From contig CM059431.1 in the NCBI GenBank assembly GCA_030390025.1, positions 111,912,001-111,976,000 of the forward strand: a DNA stretch of 64,000 nt, read 5' to 3'. Both the position numbers and the translations under genes were made by a program. Position 1 is the stretch's first letter, and every line of letters starts with the position of its first letter. The notes beneath the pieces are model-generated. The model was not told the DNA's origin. It made no database searches and was given only the letters and a program-made list of their open reading frames with translations. Shown here piece by piece: positions 1 to 13,216 of this stretch. The stretch comes from Squalus acanthias (taxonomy: Eukaryota).

Positions 1-94
1 TTCCCACAGAGGGGTGTGGCGGGGGGAAATCTAAAGTGAATCAATCCACGCTGCTCTCATGCACCTCCCATGTATCTGGTTGTATAATGGCAGA

Positions 95-563
95 GTCAGC
101 TGTGGCTCAGTTGGTAGCACGCTCGCCTCGGAGTCAGAAGGTTGTGGGTTCAAGTCCCACTCCAGAGACTTGAGCGCGTAAAGCTAGGCTGACGCTCCAG
201 TGCAGTACTGAGAGAGTGCTGAACTGTCGGAGGTGCCGTCTTTCAGATGAGACGTTAAACAGAGGCCCTGTCTGCCCTCTCAGGTGGATGTAAAAGATCC
301 CATGGCACTATTTTGAAGAAGAGCAGGGGAGTTATCCCCGGTGTCCTGGCCAATATTTCTCCCTCAACCAACATAACAAAAATAAACACATGATCTGGTC
401 ATTATCACATTGCTGTTTGTGGGACCTTGCTGTGCACAAATTGGCTGCCGCGTTTCCCACATTACAACAGTGACTGCACTCCAAAAGTACTTAATTGGCT
501 GTAAAGCGCTTTGAGACGTCCGGTGTTCGAGAAAGGCGCTATATAAATGCAAGTCTTTCTTTC
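95..563 (+). mobile_element. Full-length tRNA-derived Deu-domain SINE (SacSINE1-like)
   Basis: A box TGGCTCAGTTGG, B box GGTTCAAGTCC, Deu core GGAGGTGCCGTCTTTC.GATGAGACGTTAAA, and L2-type tail GGCGCTATATAAATGCAAGTCTTTCT. Confidence 0.9.
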
Positions 564-802
564 TTCAGCAGAGGCCTGGGTGCAATATGTGTCTTCCCCC
601 ATGTTCTAGATTTGCAAATGTTATTTGCATAATGCGAAAACCTAAAAAGAAAGGTGGGTGGGAACTTTCTAAAAAGGGGTGAAGGTGAAAGGATAGTCTT
701 CCCAAATCCAGACAGAATAATGTCCTCGGGTATGAATTTATATAGGTTAAGCATAAGAACTGAAAATTGATATTTGCATTTCAAGTCTTTCCTGAACAAA
801 TT

Positions 803-1530
803 GGCCCAGAATTTGCTGTAAAAATAACAGTGAGTCTAACTGCATTCACCATGACTTATGCACAAATTGGACAGCGACTTCGGGCGCGCGCTGATGCGTG
901 TTTAAACGCAAAAATTCTGGACGTTGCTGTCCGAGATGCAGCGTTCCGCCATTAGCTTCCCGAAAACAGCATCTCACCGTCTTGCTCCCCATTAAAATAC
1001 ATTGACTGTCATGAAGTTCCTGTACTGGCATCGTAGCTTCGACTAAACTCACCACAGAATGTTAGCGGTGTCCATTTAAGTTTAACTACCCTTTTAACGA
1101 TGTGGTAAGTCTTAATTACGGCCGGACAACCTCTCTGACACTGAAAATTAACTTTTACAAGTGTGGAGTCTCATTACTACAGCTTTTAATTGTTGGAGAT
1201 TTTTTTTTACTGTAATTTTTTTATTTTTTATTTTTCTTTGTCTCTCTCTCTCTTAATCCAATCTTTCTTCCCCTCTCTATTTTGCTCTCTGTACCTGATT
1301 TGACATTGAATTCACGATGCTAACTTACACTTCCTGGTTCAGATCCTGTGTTGCTCATTAACGATTCTTCAATCTTATTGGTTAAGAAGATACTCAGTTG
1401 CTTGTCCTGCTCACACAGATCCCAGGTGCCCTGTAGAGAGCGCCGCGCCGTTTTGCTCTCCCACTTGCAGCAACTTGGCGTGCAAAAGCTTACGGAAATT
1501 AAACGGGCAAGGGCAAGTCTAACTAACAGA
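803..1530. mobile_element. Probable truncated Harbinger-type non-autonomous DNA transposon
   Basis: Begins GGCCCAGAATTTG, similar to the TIRs of the other Harbinger-like elements here; CpG-rich subterminal regions; right TIR not seen, abuts a CR1 fragment. Confidence 0.45.
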
Positions 1531-1532
1531 CC

Positions 1533-1815
1533 CCTAGTTCTAGAACCTCCAGCTGGGGGCAACAGCCTCTCAGCATCTACCCTGTCAAGCCCTCTAAGTT
1601 TCAATGAGATCTCCTCTCATTCTTCTAAACTCTAGAGAACCCATTCTACTCTCTCTCTCCTCATAGGACAACTCTCTCATCCCAGGAATCAATCTAGTGA
1701 ACCTCCTCTAAATCCTTCCTTGGGTAACGAGACCAAAACTGTACACAGTACTCCAGGTGTGGTCTCACCAAAGCCGTATATAATTGCAGCAAGACTTCCT
1801 TACACTTATACCCTT
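1533..1815 (-). mobile_element. CR1 LINE fragment
   Basis: Reverse complement matches the RPHLEYCV region and 3' part of the other CR1 copies. Confidence 0.8.
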
Positions 1816-2128
1816 GTAAGGAAACTTAGCAGATGCCTTCTGAAAATCCATGTGTATGACGTCCATTGATCCGCATCTATTCATTAACTCTTGTCAAAGA
1901 AATCTGTTGGGACACTTTAACCTTTCTTTCTCTTTAAGCTGCAGACCAACCTTCTGTGCTTTTTCTGCTTTCATTTCTTATTTTTGTCATACTTCTGATG
2001 GAAGAAATGTTTTGAAAGCACAAAGGTACTCTAGCTTTGTGTTGTATAGAACATTGATTTAAGATCATGTACATTAATAAGTTATAAAGTTTATAATGAC
2101 TAAAACGTATCGATGTTGTCTCTTTCAG

Positions 2129-2204
2129 GCACCAAGCTTAGATGAGAAAGTAGACTTGCATTTTATAACCTTTGTAAACATTGATGGACACCTGTATGAA
2201 CTGG
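2129..2204 (+). CDS. UCHL3: Ubiquitin C-terminal hydrolase L3, internal coding exon (contains catalytic His; ends in the first base of the catalytic Asp codon)
   Basis: tctttcAG acceptor and G|GTAAGT donor. Translates [25 protein letters not shown], matching human UCHL3 [26 protein letters not shown]. Confidence 0.96.
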
Positions 2205-2496
2205 GTAAGTGCATCTTGTTTGGGTGGGTGGAAAATAAACAGAAGACTGTAATGCTGCTTAAACTGTTTGTACGAATACTTTTCTATAAATCGCCTTTAT
2301 AATTCTCATCCCCCATCCCGTTAAAAGAGCTAGGAACATATTTCTACATTAAAAGCATTGTTTAAAGGCAACTTGCAGTTGCTTGTCGGTAGACCGAACT
2401 CCAGATTATGCCTTGATACTTGGAAAGTTGCCTTTCAGTACACTGAAGTCTGAGTAAGTTCATGGATTGTGTACCGCTCATTCTTTTTAAATGAAC

Positions 2497-3005
2497 TTTA
2501 GAAAGGAGGTCAAGCCCCTTGGAGAGGGTGCAGAGGAGATTTACTAGAATGGTACCAGGGATGAGGGACTTCAGTTACGTGGAGAGACTAGAGAAGCTGG
2601 GGCTGTTCTGCTTAGAGCAGAGAAGGTTCGGGGGAGATTTAATAGAGGCGTTCAAAATCATGAATGGTTTTGATCGAGTAAATAAGGAGAAACTGTTTCC
2701 AGTGGCAGCAGGGTCGGTAACCAGAGGACACAGATTTAAGATAATTGGCAAAAGAACCAGAGGTGAGATCAGTTGAGGTTTTTACTCAGCGAGTTGTGAT
2801 GATCTGGAATGCACTGCCTGAAAGGCTGGTGGAAGCAGAGTCAATAATAACTTTCAAAAAGGAATTGGATAAATACTTGAAGGGGAAAAACTTCCAGGGC
2901 AATGGGGAAAGAGCAGGAGAGTGGGACTAATTGGATAGCTCTTTCAAGGAGCCAGTAGAGGCACAATGGACTGAATGGCTTCCTTCTGTGCTGTGTCATT
3001 CTATG
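2497..3005 (+). mobile_element. CR1 (HER1-like) LINE 3' fragment
   Basis: ERVQRRFTRMVPG...LEKLGLFCLEQRR...TRGH...FTQRVV motifs and CR1 3' UTR ending ATTCTATG. Confidence 0.9.
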
Positions 3006-3156
3006 AAGAGATTTCTCCTTTACTCCATTACCCTCTCCCTCCTGAAAAGTTGGAAAATGTGCAACTTCGATTTAGACAACATATTTAATTTCACAACAGC
3101 GTTATAAAAGAGGAGCTTGTAGGGTCAAATGAATTGAGTTCCAGGTATCTGGATAT

Positions 3157-3470
3157 AGGGTTGGCAACACTGGCAGATTGTCCAGGAGTCTCCTGGAATG
3201 GAAGATAACTTCCCGGCCACTGCTACGAGTAACCCAGGAGAAGCGTAGAGTTCATATTTGCATCTGTGGTTTGTGCCTGTGTACTTTCTTCGGCTGCTTG
3301 TGGGCGGTGTCCTGTTCTCGGAACTTTTCACCCGGTAGCTGCTGGTGTGAAACCGCGAGCCAAGGTTCTCAACTACAAGGGAGCCAACCTTTGTAAGATA
3401 AGTGCAATAACACTTGCAAATGGTGCGATCAAACCTTCAGGAATACCTCCAAGCCGAGTTGGAAACCCAG
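3157..3470. mobile_element. Degenerate MITE with TAGGGTTG(G/C)CAAC-type ends (hAT-like, tentative)
   Basis: TAGGGTTGGCAAC ... GTTGGAAACCCA; subterminal TCCAGGAG..CCTGGA also present in 25929-26208. Confidence 0.5.
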
Positions 3471-3974
3471 CCCGAGATATCTTTTCAGAGTTTGCACTGA
3501 TTCTACAGAAGGATCCAATCCAGGTTTGCAACTGTCTTTTTTAAAAAAACCTCCTCAAGCTGAATTGTTGGAAGGATTTCTTGTCAAATGACGAATGTGT
3601 GATGGCCACAAAAGTTGGGCGTTTCCATTACAAATTCTTCGGTTCCATTGGAAGTCACGACTTGGGAATAGGAATGCCGTGGAACACTGCCCTGTTTGTT
3701 AGTTTGCATTTTGGCAGCCTGTCCTGTTTGAACAAGTTAAGTAAATTAGCCAGGCCCTTTGTACTGAACAAAATTGTTCATTTTCAAGCTTGGTCAAGCA
3801 AAGCAGTCAAACTCTTGGACTGACATTTCACATGTTCAACCAATTTCTGATGAGTCTGCTCAATTAAGTTCAGCATTTTACTTTCTCTATATTTTTCCAG
3901 TATTACAATGTTAAAAGATTTTAGTTATTTGACGTGAAAAGAACATTTTTAACTCTTCCCCCAATTTAGTTATC

Positions 3975-4142
3975 TCTCTTTTTTCGCTCCATCTTCTCCC
4001 TCCCTCTCTTCTCTCTCCTTTTCCCTCCCTCTCTTCTCTGTCCTCCCCACCTTCTCGCTCCCCTCCCTCTTCTCTCTCTCGCTCCCCTCCCTCTTCTCTC
4101 TCTCGCTCCCCTCCCTCCCTCTTCTCTCTCTCTTGCTCCCCG

Positions 4143-4183
<41 letters not shown>

Positions 4184-4191
4184 CACCGCCG

Positions 4192-4226
<35 letters not shown>

Positions 4227-4267
4227 GCGCTCCCCGCCCTCTTTCTCTCTCTCTCTCGCTCCCCTCC

Positions 4268-4305
<38 letters not shown>

Positions 4306-4378
4306 CCACTCCCTCTTTCTCTCTCTCTCTCTCGCGCTCCCCGCCCTCTTCTCTCGCTCTCTCGCTTCCCGCCCTCTT

Positions 4379-4409
<31 letters not shown>

Positions 4410-4452
4410 GCGCTCCCCGCCCTCTTTCTCTCTCTCTCTCTCTCGCTCCCCG

Positions 4453-4489
<37 letters not shown>

Positions 4490-4909
4490 CCCCGCCCTCT
4501 TCTCTCTCTCTCTCACTCTCGCGCGCTCCCCGCCCCTCTTTCTCTCTCTCTCTCGCTCCCCCTCCCTCTTTCTCTCTCTCTCTCTCTCTCGCGATCCACT
4601 CCCTCCTTTTCTCTCTCTCTCTCTCCGCGCTCCCCCGCCCTCTTCTCTCGCGCTCTCTCGCTTCCCGCCCTCTTTTCTCTCTCTCTCTCTCTCTCGCGCT
4701 CCCCGCCCTCTTTCTCTCTCTCTCTCGCTCCCCGCCCTCTTCTCTCTCTCTCTCTCTCACTCTCGCTCCCCGCCCTCTTCTCTCTCTCTCTCTCTCACTC
4801 TCTCGCTCCCCCTCCCTCTTTCTCTCTCTCTCTCGTGCTCCCCGCCCTCTTCTCTCTCTCCTCTCGCTCCCCGCCCTCTTCTCTCTCTCTCTCTCTCTCT
4901 CTCCCCCGG

Positions 4910-4950
<41 letters not shown>

Positions 4951-5047
4951 CCCCGCCCTCTTTTCTCTCTCTCTCTCTCTCGCTCACCGCCGCCTTCTCT
5001 CTCTCTCTCTCTCTCGCGCTCCCCGCCCTCTTCTCTCTCTCTCGCTC

Positions 5048-5088
<41 letters not shown>

Positions 5089-5348
5089 CACTCCCCCTTT
5101 CTCTCTCTCTCTCTCTCTCTCGCTCCCTCCCCCTCTCTCTCTCTCTCTCTCTCCCTCTCTCTCTCTCTCTCTCGCTCCCCTCCCTCTTCTCTCTCTCTCT
5201 CTCTCGCTCCCCTCCCTCTTCTCTCTCTCTCTCTCACTCTCGCGCGCTCCCCGCCCTCTCTCTCTCTCTCTCGCTCCCCTCCCTCTCTCTCTCTCTCTCT
5301 CTCGCGCTCCCCGCCCTCTTCTCTCTCTCTCTCTCTCTCGCTCCCCGC

Positions 5349-5419
<71 letters not shown>

Positions 5420-5575
5420 CTCCCTCTCCTCTCTCCTCCTCTCTCTCTCGCGCTCCCCGCCCTCTTCTCTCTCTCTCTCTCTCCGCCTCCCGCCCTCTTC
5501 TCTCTCTCTCTCTCTAGCTCTCTCTCCCCGCCCTCTTCGCTCTCTCTCTCTCTCTCTCTCTCTCTCGCTCCCCGC

Positions 5576-5620
<45 letters not shown>

Positions 5621-6038
5621 CCCCGCCCTCTTCTCTCTCTCTCTCTCGCTCCCCGCCCTCTTCTCTCTCTCTTGCTCCCCGCCCTCTTCTCTCTCTCTGC
5701 TCCCCGCCCTCTTCTCTCTCTCGCTCGCTCTCTCTCGCTCCCCGCCCTCTTCTCGCTCTCTCTCTCTCTCTCTCGCTCCCCCTCCCTCTTCTCTCTCTCT
5801 CGCTCCCCTCCCTCTTCTCTCTCTCTCGCTCCCCGCCCCCTCTCCTCTCTCTCTCTCGCTCCCCGCCCTCTTCTCTCTCTCTCGCTCCCCCGCCCTCTTC
5901 TCTCTCTCTCGCTCCCCCGCCCCTCTTCTCTCTCTCTCTCGCTCCCCGCCCTCTTCTCTCTCTCTCTCGCTCCCCGCCCTCTTTCTCTCTCTCTCTCTCG
6001 CTCCCCGCCCTCTTTCTCTCTCTCTCTCTCTCTCGCTC

Positions 6039-6080
<42 letters not shown>

Positions 6081-6274
6081 TCGCTCCCCTCCCTCTTCTC
6101 TCTCTTTCTCTTTCGCTCCCCTCCCTCTTCTCTCTCTCTCTCTCTCGCTCCCCGCCCTCTTTCTCTCTCTCGCTCCCCGCCCTCTTTCTCTCTCTCTCGC
6201 TCTCTCTCCCCATCCTCTTCTCTCTCTCTCTCGCTCCCCGTCCTCTTCTCTCTCTCTCTCTCTCTCGCTCCCCG

Positions 6275-6306
<32 letters not shown>

Positions 6307-6633
6307 GCTCCCCGCCCCTCCTCTCTCTCTCTCTCGCTCCCCGCCCTCTTCTCCCTCTCGCTCGCTCTCTCTCGCTCCCCGCCCTCCTCTCTCTCTCTCG
6401 CTCCCCGCCCTCTTCTCTCTCTCGCTCGCTCTCTCTCGCTCCCCGCCCTCTTCTCGCTCTCTCTCTCGCTCCCCTCCCTCTTCTCTCTCTCTCGCTCCCC
6501 GCCCTCTTCTCTCTCTCTCGCTCCCCGCCTTCTTCTCTCTCTCTCTCTCTCTCTCTCTCGCTCCCCGCCCTCTTTCTCTCTCTCTCTCTCTCTCTCTCGC
6601 TCCCCGCCCTCTTTCTCTCTCTCTCTCCCCGCC

Positions 6634-6685
<52 letters not shown>

Positions 6686-6760
6686 CCCCTCCCTCTTTCT
6701 CTCTCTCTCTCGCTCCACTCCCTCTTTCTCTCTCTCTCTCTCTCTCGCTCGCTCCCCGCC

Positions 6761-6801
<41 letters not shown>

Positions 6802-6807
6802 GCTCCA

Positions 6808-6843
<36 letters not shown>

Positions 6844-6877
6844 CCCCTCCCTCTCTCTCTCTCTCTCTCGCTCCCCG

Positions 6878-6914
<37 letters not shown>

Positions 6915-7098
6915 CCCCGCCCTCTTCTCTCTCTCTCTCTCGCTCCACTCCCTCTTTCTCTCTCTCTCTCTCGCTCCACTCTCTCTCTCTCTCTCTCTCG
7001 CTCCCCTCCCTCTTCTCTCTCTCTCTCTCGCTCCCCTCCCTCTTCTCTCTCTCGCTCTCCGCCCTCTTTCTCTCTCTCTCTTTCTCTCTCGCTCCCCG

Positions 7099-7159
<61 letters not shown>

Positions 7160-7220
7160 CCCCGCCCTCTTTCTCTCTCTCTCGCTCCCCTCCCTCTTTC
7201 TCTCTCTCTCGCTCCCCTCC

Positions 7221-7262
<42 letters not shown>

Positions 7263-7263
7263 C

Positions 7264-7306
<43 letters not shown>

Positions 7307-7313
7307 CCCCTCC

Positions 7314-7361
<48 letters not shown>

Positions 7362-7362
7362 C

Positions 7363-7410
<48 letters not shown>

Positions 7411-7499
7411 CTCCCTCCTCTCTCTCGCTCCCCGCCCTCTTTCTCTCTCTCTCTTTCTCTCTAGCTCCCCGCCCTCTTCTCTCTCTCTCTCTCTTGCTC

Positions 7500-7541
<42 letters not shown>

Positions 7542-7590
7542 CCCCTCCCTCTTTCTTTCTCTCTCTCTCTCTCTCTCTCGCTCCCCTCCT

Positions 7591-7628
<38 letters not shown>

Positions 7629-7629
7629 C

Positions 7630-7663
<34 letters not shown>

Positions 7664-7725
7664 GCTCCCCTCCCTCTTTCTCTCTCTCTCTCCCTCTTCT
7701 CTCTCTCTCTCTCTCGCTCCCCTCC

Positions 7726-7761
<36 letters not shown>

Positions 7762-7790
7762 TCTCTTCTCTCTCTTTCCCCCCCCCCCCT
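3975..7790. repeat. 3.8-kb complex microsatellite: (CT)n spacers interspersed with CGCTCCCC(G/T)CCCTCTT units
   Basis: Read directly; almost purely pyrimidine on +; lies in a UCHL3 intron. Confidence 0.97.
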
Positions 7791-8873
7791 CCGCTTCCCT
7801 CAAATGCCAATGAGTTTCTCCCAGTAATAAGAGGATGTTGTGCACTCTGCTTCTATTCTGTAGATGTGTAAACTGAGGGCCAGTTTTGTCCAGTCCACCG
7901 CTATTTGCAAGCTCTTGAGTTTTTTGCATAGCCAACAGATACATTACAAGCATGACACATTCTTACAATTTGTCATGTATATGACTTTTGTATTTAGCAT
8001 GGTATCTTTGTTTTGTTAGAAAAAGGCTTGAATTCCTTGCTGGGTCATTGAAACCTTTGTCATGTCTGTGCCAACAGAAATTGTTTGCCAGTTTTAACTT
8101 TCTTGTTTCTGAGGAAGCTAAAAATACAGATTTCTGAGCAGCTTGGGACTATGTAGTTGAGTTCCTTTTCTGAAACATCACTTTTTGGTTTCGCTTTAAC
8201 ATGGCAGCCCAGAATCATATATGCGTTAAAGCTGGTTGGTTGGCTGCTCATTGTAAACAAAAGGCCATGTCAACAATTTTTCCACAGATGAATTTTTTTG
8301 TTGTCGTGTTGAATTTCCCCCCCCTTTAAGTTCTCTACCTGAAGGTGCTGGCTCTTGAAGTATGGCCCATTGCTGCTGACTGCCCATCGTCCAGTGCTCC
8401 ACCCACGTGGTCATTGTTCGTGTCTGAGCTGAAACCGTGTGACATGAATCTTGTCATTCATGTGGAAATGACTTATGAAATAATACTGGGCGGCCTGCTG
8501 GTGGCGCTGTCCAGGGAGAGTATAAATACTCGGGCATGGGCCCAGCTTGCTCAGGATATTCTTTAACAGGAACTAGTGAAGGACACAACTAGACCGCCAT
8601 GTTGAAAAACAGTTGATTAAAGCTTTGTTTAACACTTAGACCAAGTGCCTAGTAGTTTTCTTACGTCACCGTGAATGCCTGCGAGCCATTTGAATGGGGA
8701 GGGGGTGTAGTGGAAAGAGAGAGATGCATTGCAGAAAAATGTGACCCTCCAGCAGAGCAGTAGATGAGAATCAAAGTGGGACCCGACCATTTTTATTTTC
8801 CTTTGCAAAAGCAGGGTGACCAAGGCCAATTATAGTTCCACCAATGCGACGCTAGTTGAGAACAGCTGACTTG

Positions 8874-9165
8874 GGAACATAGGAACAGGAGGAGGCCATT
8901 CAGCCCCTCGAGCCTGTTCCACCATTCAATTAGATCATGGCTGATCTGTGACCGAACTCCGTTTACCCACCTTTTGATCTATATCCCTCGATACCCTTAC
9001 CTAATAAAAATCTGTCGCTCTGACCCTTGAAAATTTCAATTGACTGATCATCCATAGCCTTTTGGAGGAGAGAATTCCACATTTCCCCTATCCTTTGTGA
9101 AAAGTATTCCTGATTTCACTCCTAAATGGCCCAGCTCCAATTTTAAGATTGTTCCCCCTTGTTCT
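8874..9165 (-). mobile_element. CR1 LINE 3' fragment
   Basis: Reverse complement of the CR1 3' UTR (ATCAGCCATGATCT...GAATGGCCTCCTCCTGTTCCTATGTTCC). Confidence 0.85.
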
Positions 9166-9307
9166 GCACCAGTATATTCAAAACAGTACATTATCAGTTG
9201 GTATTGTGTAATGCCACACAGCATAATGTTTCATAAGGTGGCCTGTGGAGCAGGCTGTTGAGACGTGGGTCAAGAGACATCGGTCATGCTCTGTTCTGTT
9301 ACACAGT

Positions 9308-11188
9308 GGCTGGAATTTTCCGGGGTGGCAGTGGGCGCGATCGCTGGCGGGTCGGGTGGAAAAGTTGTTATTTTTGACGGCGGTTCAGGAGCCAGTTGTC
9401 ATCCCGCCCCCGCGCGCCCTTCCCCCAGGCGCGTCTGTCATCGCGGAGCCGATCCGACCGGCAGCGGCGGACGACCCAATTGAGATCATTATCAGGTGGT
9501 TTACAGGCACTGAAGAGCCTTTTTCTCCCTATATTTTAAATTTCCCTGCATAGCCACGGGGTTCACGCAGCTCAGGAACCACGTCTGTCAACCTCGGGCA
9601 GGAGTTCCGTGGCCATTGCTCCAGCTGATTACTGGACAGCGTCAAAAGTTATGGGGAGCGGGCAGGGAAGGGGAGTTGAGGCCAAGATCAGATCAGCCAT
9701 GATCTTATTGAATGGCGGAGCAGGCTCGAGGGGCCAAATGACCTACTCCTGCTCCTACGCCTTATGTTCTTGTGTAACTGTGCAGTAAAAGCTCCCACCT
9801 GACAGATGATCACCTTCCTCGGGCAGAAGCTGTTGCTCAGTCCATTTTCAGCACAGATTCTGCAGGCTGCAAGTCTTTCCAGCAAAGTCTCCATCCAGTC
9901 TCACCTCATTGGAAGAACTCTCTCACCATTGACAGAATGCTTCTGTCATCTGTACTTCACCTGCCATCTATTTCCATCATCATGGGTGCCGTTTATACTG
10001 TCTCACCTTGGTCCTCAGAATCGGACTACGATGATCCCCAACATCAGCAGCACCAACAACAACACCAACCTTCTCCGCAATCACCTAATGCTGCACAGGA
10101 CACAGGGCATCAGCACCCGACCACATTGCTGCCAGGGCTGGCCTCATCATAGCCAGATTTCGTTAATGTTACGCTGTACACCCATATTGCTGCCACATGA
10201 TACGCCAGGTTGGCACCACCCAACACCATAAAGCATCCCTACAATGCCCAAGCCATTCCTTTCACACTCATCACCATTGCTGGGGGAGTACCGTTATGAC
10301 TCACCATTCACTGCAACTCACTAAGCCACTTGCAAAGGCGCACACAAATCTGTCCAAGACCGGAAAGTGTTGAAAATAAAGATTTTTACGTTTGACACCA
10401 CATTAACAGAAACTTTACATAAACATTGGATAAAACACCCAAGTGGCCACCCTTATGTATTGTTAGTTGGTATGATTGCAGGAGGATGAGGGGGAGTGTG
10501 AGGGGTGGCTAGTGAGATGGGGATGTGATAATGTAGATAGAGAGAGAGGGATGGGTGAAGGTGCAAAGTAAGTTGCTGTGAGTAAGGATGTGCAGGAGTA
10601 GGATAGGGAAGGCAGAGTGATAGGGATGTGATGTGTGGCACAGCAGGATGAGGTTGAGTGTGGCTTTGCAGTAACATTTGATTTACTGAGATCATTGAAA
10701 GGTTTGCGTCACTGCACCCAGGTCCTCCTGACCACATCCCTGCTTGTGACCTCCTCTGTGCAACCAGGCTGTTTTGGTCTCCTGGGGAGGTCTCTTCCGC
10801 CCATCGGAAGGGAAGAGGACCTCCCTGCGTGCTCTGACTCCCTCCATAAATATATGGAGAGAGTCATGGGAGAGCCTGGATGCAGCCCACCGCCGCTGTG
10901 CAGTCATTGTCAGTGTTTGCAGCACTCCAATGCTGTAGTGCACTGACAGCACTATGTTAGATTAAACGTCAAATCTAATTTGGCCATGGTCCCTTTAAAG
11001 ATCCCGGCTGAAAACGCGTCAAGAATGACGTCACCAGACCCGCTCCATTTAATTGGGCCGGGTAACATGCTGGGCGGGCTTAATAGGCCCTATTAAGGGA
11101 AAGTCTTTTTAACAGCGGGACGGAGCCAGCAGCTGGGTCGCGACCGACCACCCACACCGGACCCGCCCAGGTAGGCAAAATTCCGGCC
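9308..11188. mobile_element. Internally deleted PIF/Harbinger DNA transposon
   Basis: TIRs GGCTGGAATTTT / AAAATTCCGGCC; AGT on both flanks; Myb/SANT remnant inside; a CR1 3' end is nested at ~9630-9772. Confidence 0.8.
10678..10907 (-). pseudogene. Harbinger Myb/SANT-like DNA-binding protein remnant
   Basis: MTAQRRWAASRLSHDSLHIFMEGVRARREVLFPSDGRKRPPQETKTAWL, then a frameshift, then EEVTSRDVVRRTWVQ*RKPFNDL: a typical Myb/SANT-like helix pattern. Confidence 0.8.
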
Positions 11189-11379
11189 AGTGAGTTCGTA
11201 GTCTGGTGGCTTATTGTTTGCAGGGCTGCTGAGCAGAGGAGACAAAAAGCTGGACTGAGTCCAGTGGTCCACTTAACACGTAGCTCCCTAGTGGGCAGTT
11301 AGTGATCGTGGCAAAGATTTGCATTCTGATTGGCTGCATACTTTCTTGGTTAGGAAGACCTATGTGGTAAATGAGCCAC

Positions 11380-11830
11380 TGTGAATAGCTACCCTTTACT
11401 CCTACTCTCTGCTTCTCTGCTTTCTGTCCTGAAGCCAGCTAGTAATCTATTCTGCTACTTGTCCCCTGACTCTGCATTCTCTGACCTTGTTCATCAGTCT
11501 ATTATGGGATACCTTATCGAAGGCCTTTTGAAAATCCAGATAAATTACATCTACTGCATTACCATTGTCTACTCTCTCTGTTACCTCTTCAAAAAATTCA
11601 GTGAGGTTGGTCAAGCAAGACTTTCCCTTTTGAAATCCATGCTGACTATTCATTATTATATTTTTGGTTTCTAGATGTTCTTCTTCTATTTTCTCCTTTA
11701 GTAGGGATTCCATTATTTTTCCTACCACTGATGTTAAGCTGACTGGCCTATAATTCCATGGACATGTTCTATCTCCCTTCTTAAATATAGGTATTACGTT
11801 AGCTATCCACCAGTCCTCTGGCACTACACC
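11380..11830 (-). mobile_element. CR1 LINE RT fragment
   Basis: ANVIPIFKKG...NYRPVSLTSVVGK...QHGF...YLDFQKAFDKV. Confidence 0.9.
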
Positions 11831-12541
11831 ACCTTAAATATAGATATTACGTTATTGGCATAATTTTCCAATGTCGCCAAGCAACAACCACTGATTTGAT
11901 AAATTGTATTATTTGGCACTAATGAGGTATCCATTTTATCACCTGAATTATGTCAGACAAGAACCATAACCATAAATTATTTGGTATTCTCTTATGTTGT
12001 CTGAGCTCATGAAACATATAAAACATGTATCAACGGTCTTATTGCCTGAAGTACAGTAGCAGTGCTATCTGGAAATGCCACTTTTGTTTACTTGGGTCAC
12101 AACGTGTACTATTTGGTTCCTTTGCTTTCTAAAGAAAGGACATGCATTTATATAGTGATTTATTACATCAGAATGTCCCAAAGCACTTCAGAACAATGAA
12201 TTCCTTTGCGTGCAATCAATGTTCCCCATCATACCATGAACCATTCCTTACTGAAGGTCCAAACAGATGACCTATCGAGAGTCCTCTGCCTACGTTGCCC
12301 TGAAACAAATTAAAGCTTGGGCGGTCTTTGTTTTCTTCCTAGTCGCTGTGTGGAAGTCTTGTCTTGGATGAGTGAATCATGTCTCTCGTTCTATGCCATA
12401 GCGCAGCACGTTGATTCATAGCTGTAGATCACTGAAATTTAAGGATACTTTCTAGAGGTATGACCCTTCAAGGCTACCCCATGGTTGTCTGAATTTATTC
12501 AGTGAGAGGTTGACTCATACAATGGTGTGAGGTCTGCCCCC

Positions 12542-12680
12542 TTGTGCAAATTGGCTGCCGCGTTTTCCACATTACAACAGTGACTACAGTTTTAAAAAAA
12601 AACTACTTCATTGGCTGTAAAGTGCTTTGAGACGTCCGGTGGTCGTGAAAGGCGCTATATAAATGCAAGTCTTTCTTTCT
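12542..12680 (+). mobile_element. Deu SINE 3' fragment
   Basis: Matches the 3' ~140 bp of 95-563. Confidence 0.85.
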
Positions 12681-13216
12681 CCCAGTCGGTGCTGAGCTCA
12701 CTGATTTCAGCTGGGATATTATTCCACAGGCACGTTGTCCAAGTGGCCGTTATTCACAAGCTAACTGTGGAGCGTCACACCTGAGCTGATCTGCCTTTGC
12801 TTCCCGATTGAATTTTGAAGTCTGCGTAATAACCTTTGGAAGTGGGCCGTGCATACTGGATTCCTCGGAGAAGCATCACTGGAATGCCGCTGACACAACA
12901 AACAATATAATCCTAGTTCCATGAGTGAAGCTGCAGTGTTTAATGTGTGTCACTCATGCTGAAACCGTTTGTTGACTTTTGTGGACATTGCCAGTTTGTT
13001 GCCTACCTAGTTCTCTAGGATGACTCATAGTATGGGGCATGCTCCAAGGCGAGGGGGTTGAGATGATACCATAACTAGCATGAGTATAAAAATTGAGCTT
13101 TTTATTGTTCTCGCGCTCCCATCTTAATGTTGCTGCTTCAGAGGACTCTCTTCCTTGTAATGCAATACAATGATTTCTTTCATGGTGGACAATTATTGAC
13201 ACTGTGTTCTTGCATG

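Noticed and set aside
95..170. tRNA-like sequence with A and B boxes (also in other copies)
   Set aside because: It is the SINE head, continuous with the Deu core and tail, not a standalone tRNA gene.
3911..7953. Very long ORFs (1226, 989, 858 aa) rich in SL or RE
   Set aside because: Translation artefacts of the stop-free (CT)n array.
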